Part shown: one piece after another, positions 63,313-64,000 of the stretch
Layout of the letters: each line of letters starts with the position of its first letter
Position numbering within the stretch: position 1 is the first letter of the stretch
Assembly (NCBI GenBank): GCA_951406725.2
Contig: OX597818.1
Coordinates: 48,608,001 to 48,672,000 of the forward strand
Length of the DNA: 64,000 bases
Origin: Octopus vulgaris
Taxonomy: Eukaryota
Direction of reading: 5' to 3'
Program-made: the position numbers and the translations under genes
The notes under the pieces: model-generated
Told to the model about the DNA's origin: nothing
The model's input: only the letters and a program-made list of their open reading frames with translations
Databases searched by the model: none

Positions 63313-64000
63313 ATGTCGAATAATAATAACTATCGATGTATAAATTGTGGTACAAGAGTCAAAGATTTGTTCCATAAACTGTCTTCGGGCCTTTTGACAT
63401 GTGTTTGTAGTAACTGCAACGAAGTGGTAGATAAATACATTGAACACGATTCTGTTTTAATATTTTTGGATGCTCTTCTTCTTAAAACACAAGCTTTTCG
63501 CCACATCTTGCACAATCGTAGTCGGAAAACAGTGTGGAAAATAACATTGACATTTTTGCTCATTGAAACACTTGCCAGGGTGATCAATTCATCGAAAGTG
63601 ATTTCGAAATGGAACAATCCTGATGCAGAGTTTTATACAATTTTGGTAACAGAATTTTTGTATATGTTTGTAGAAGTTGCTTTAGAACAAATTACTGGGG
63701 TTTTGGTTATTGTCTGTCTTTCTAAGATGTATAGTGATTTTATGAAAATACCTCATCCTGGAATGAAACCACTTCTGACAGGACTATTTTTCTCCTACTT
63801 TCTTTGTAATGTATTTATTCCACTGGTGAGTTTATGGGGTGGAAATTACAGAAGCTGGTGTTGTGCTTTGATCCAACTATTTATTCATTTATCAAAAATT
63901 CAAGTACTTAGGGTGATTTGTAATTATGGTTACTTTACAGCCACTGTCATAACATTGATGGGCTACGGGAGCCAATTATTGCTGTTTTATTGTAGAACCG
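63313..64000 (+). CDS. ARV1: ARV1-like protein (ER membrane lipid/sterol homeostasis), partial, runs off the window
   Basis: Manual translation from ATG 63313 is open to the window end (229 codons): MSNNNNYRCINCGTRVKDLFHKLSSGLLTCVCSNCNEVVDKYIEHDSVLIFLDALLLKTQAFRHILHN. This has the Arv1 homology domain (CxxC...CxxC zinc motif, VDKYIE.D, K.QA[YF]RHIL.N) followed by hydrophobic TM segments. Confidence 0.9.
   Translation, partial: MSNNNNYRCINCGTRVKDLFHKLSSGLLTCVCSNCNEVVDKYIEHDSVLIFLDALLLKTQAFRHILHNRSRKTVWKITLTFLLIETLARVINSSKVISKWNNPDAEFYTILVTEFLYMFVEVALEQITGVLVIVCLSKMYSDFMKIPHPGMKPLLTGLFFSYFLCNVFIPLVSLWGGNYRSWCCALIQLFIHLSKIQVLRVICNYGYFTATVITLMGYGSQLLLFYCRT

Noticed and set aside
63247-63617. Minus-strand ORFs 63247..63447 and 63330..63617
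   Set aside because: Antisense to the ARV1-like CDS.

Overview
This is eukaryotic, AT-rich and repeat-dense genomic DNA. The SINE families, RTE LINE, microsatellites and 5S-like sequence suggest a coleoid cephalopod, probably Octopus (inference, not verified). Three protein-coding loci are recognisable: (1) the terminal coding exon of a PSKH1-like Ser/Thr kinase (+, 11216-11527), preceded by a >11 kb intron; (2) a complete, intronless Nova/Pasilla-type 3xKH RNA-binding protein gene (-, 57448-59118), followed downstream by a ~12-15 kb strongly transposon-depleted, U-rich (on the minus strand) tract that looks like a very long 3'UTR; (3) a divergent ARV1-like ORF (+, 63313 to the window end), uninterrupted so far and missing from the ORF track. 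The 15.6-42 kb interval is packed with tRNA-derived SINEs, RTE and CR1/L2-like LINE remnants, TTAA MITEs, a solo LTR, a 5S rRNA-derived copy and Penelope-like remnants carrying minimal hammerhead ribozyme motifs, one with a compensatory U3-A8 core. Most ORFs in the supplied track are artefacts of microsatellites and SINEs. All coordinates were read by eye, and repeat boundaries are approximate unless a TSD is given.
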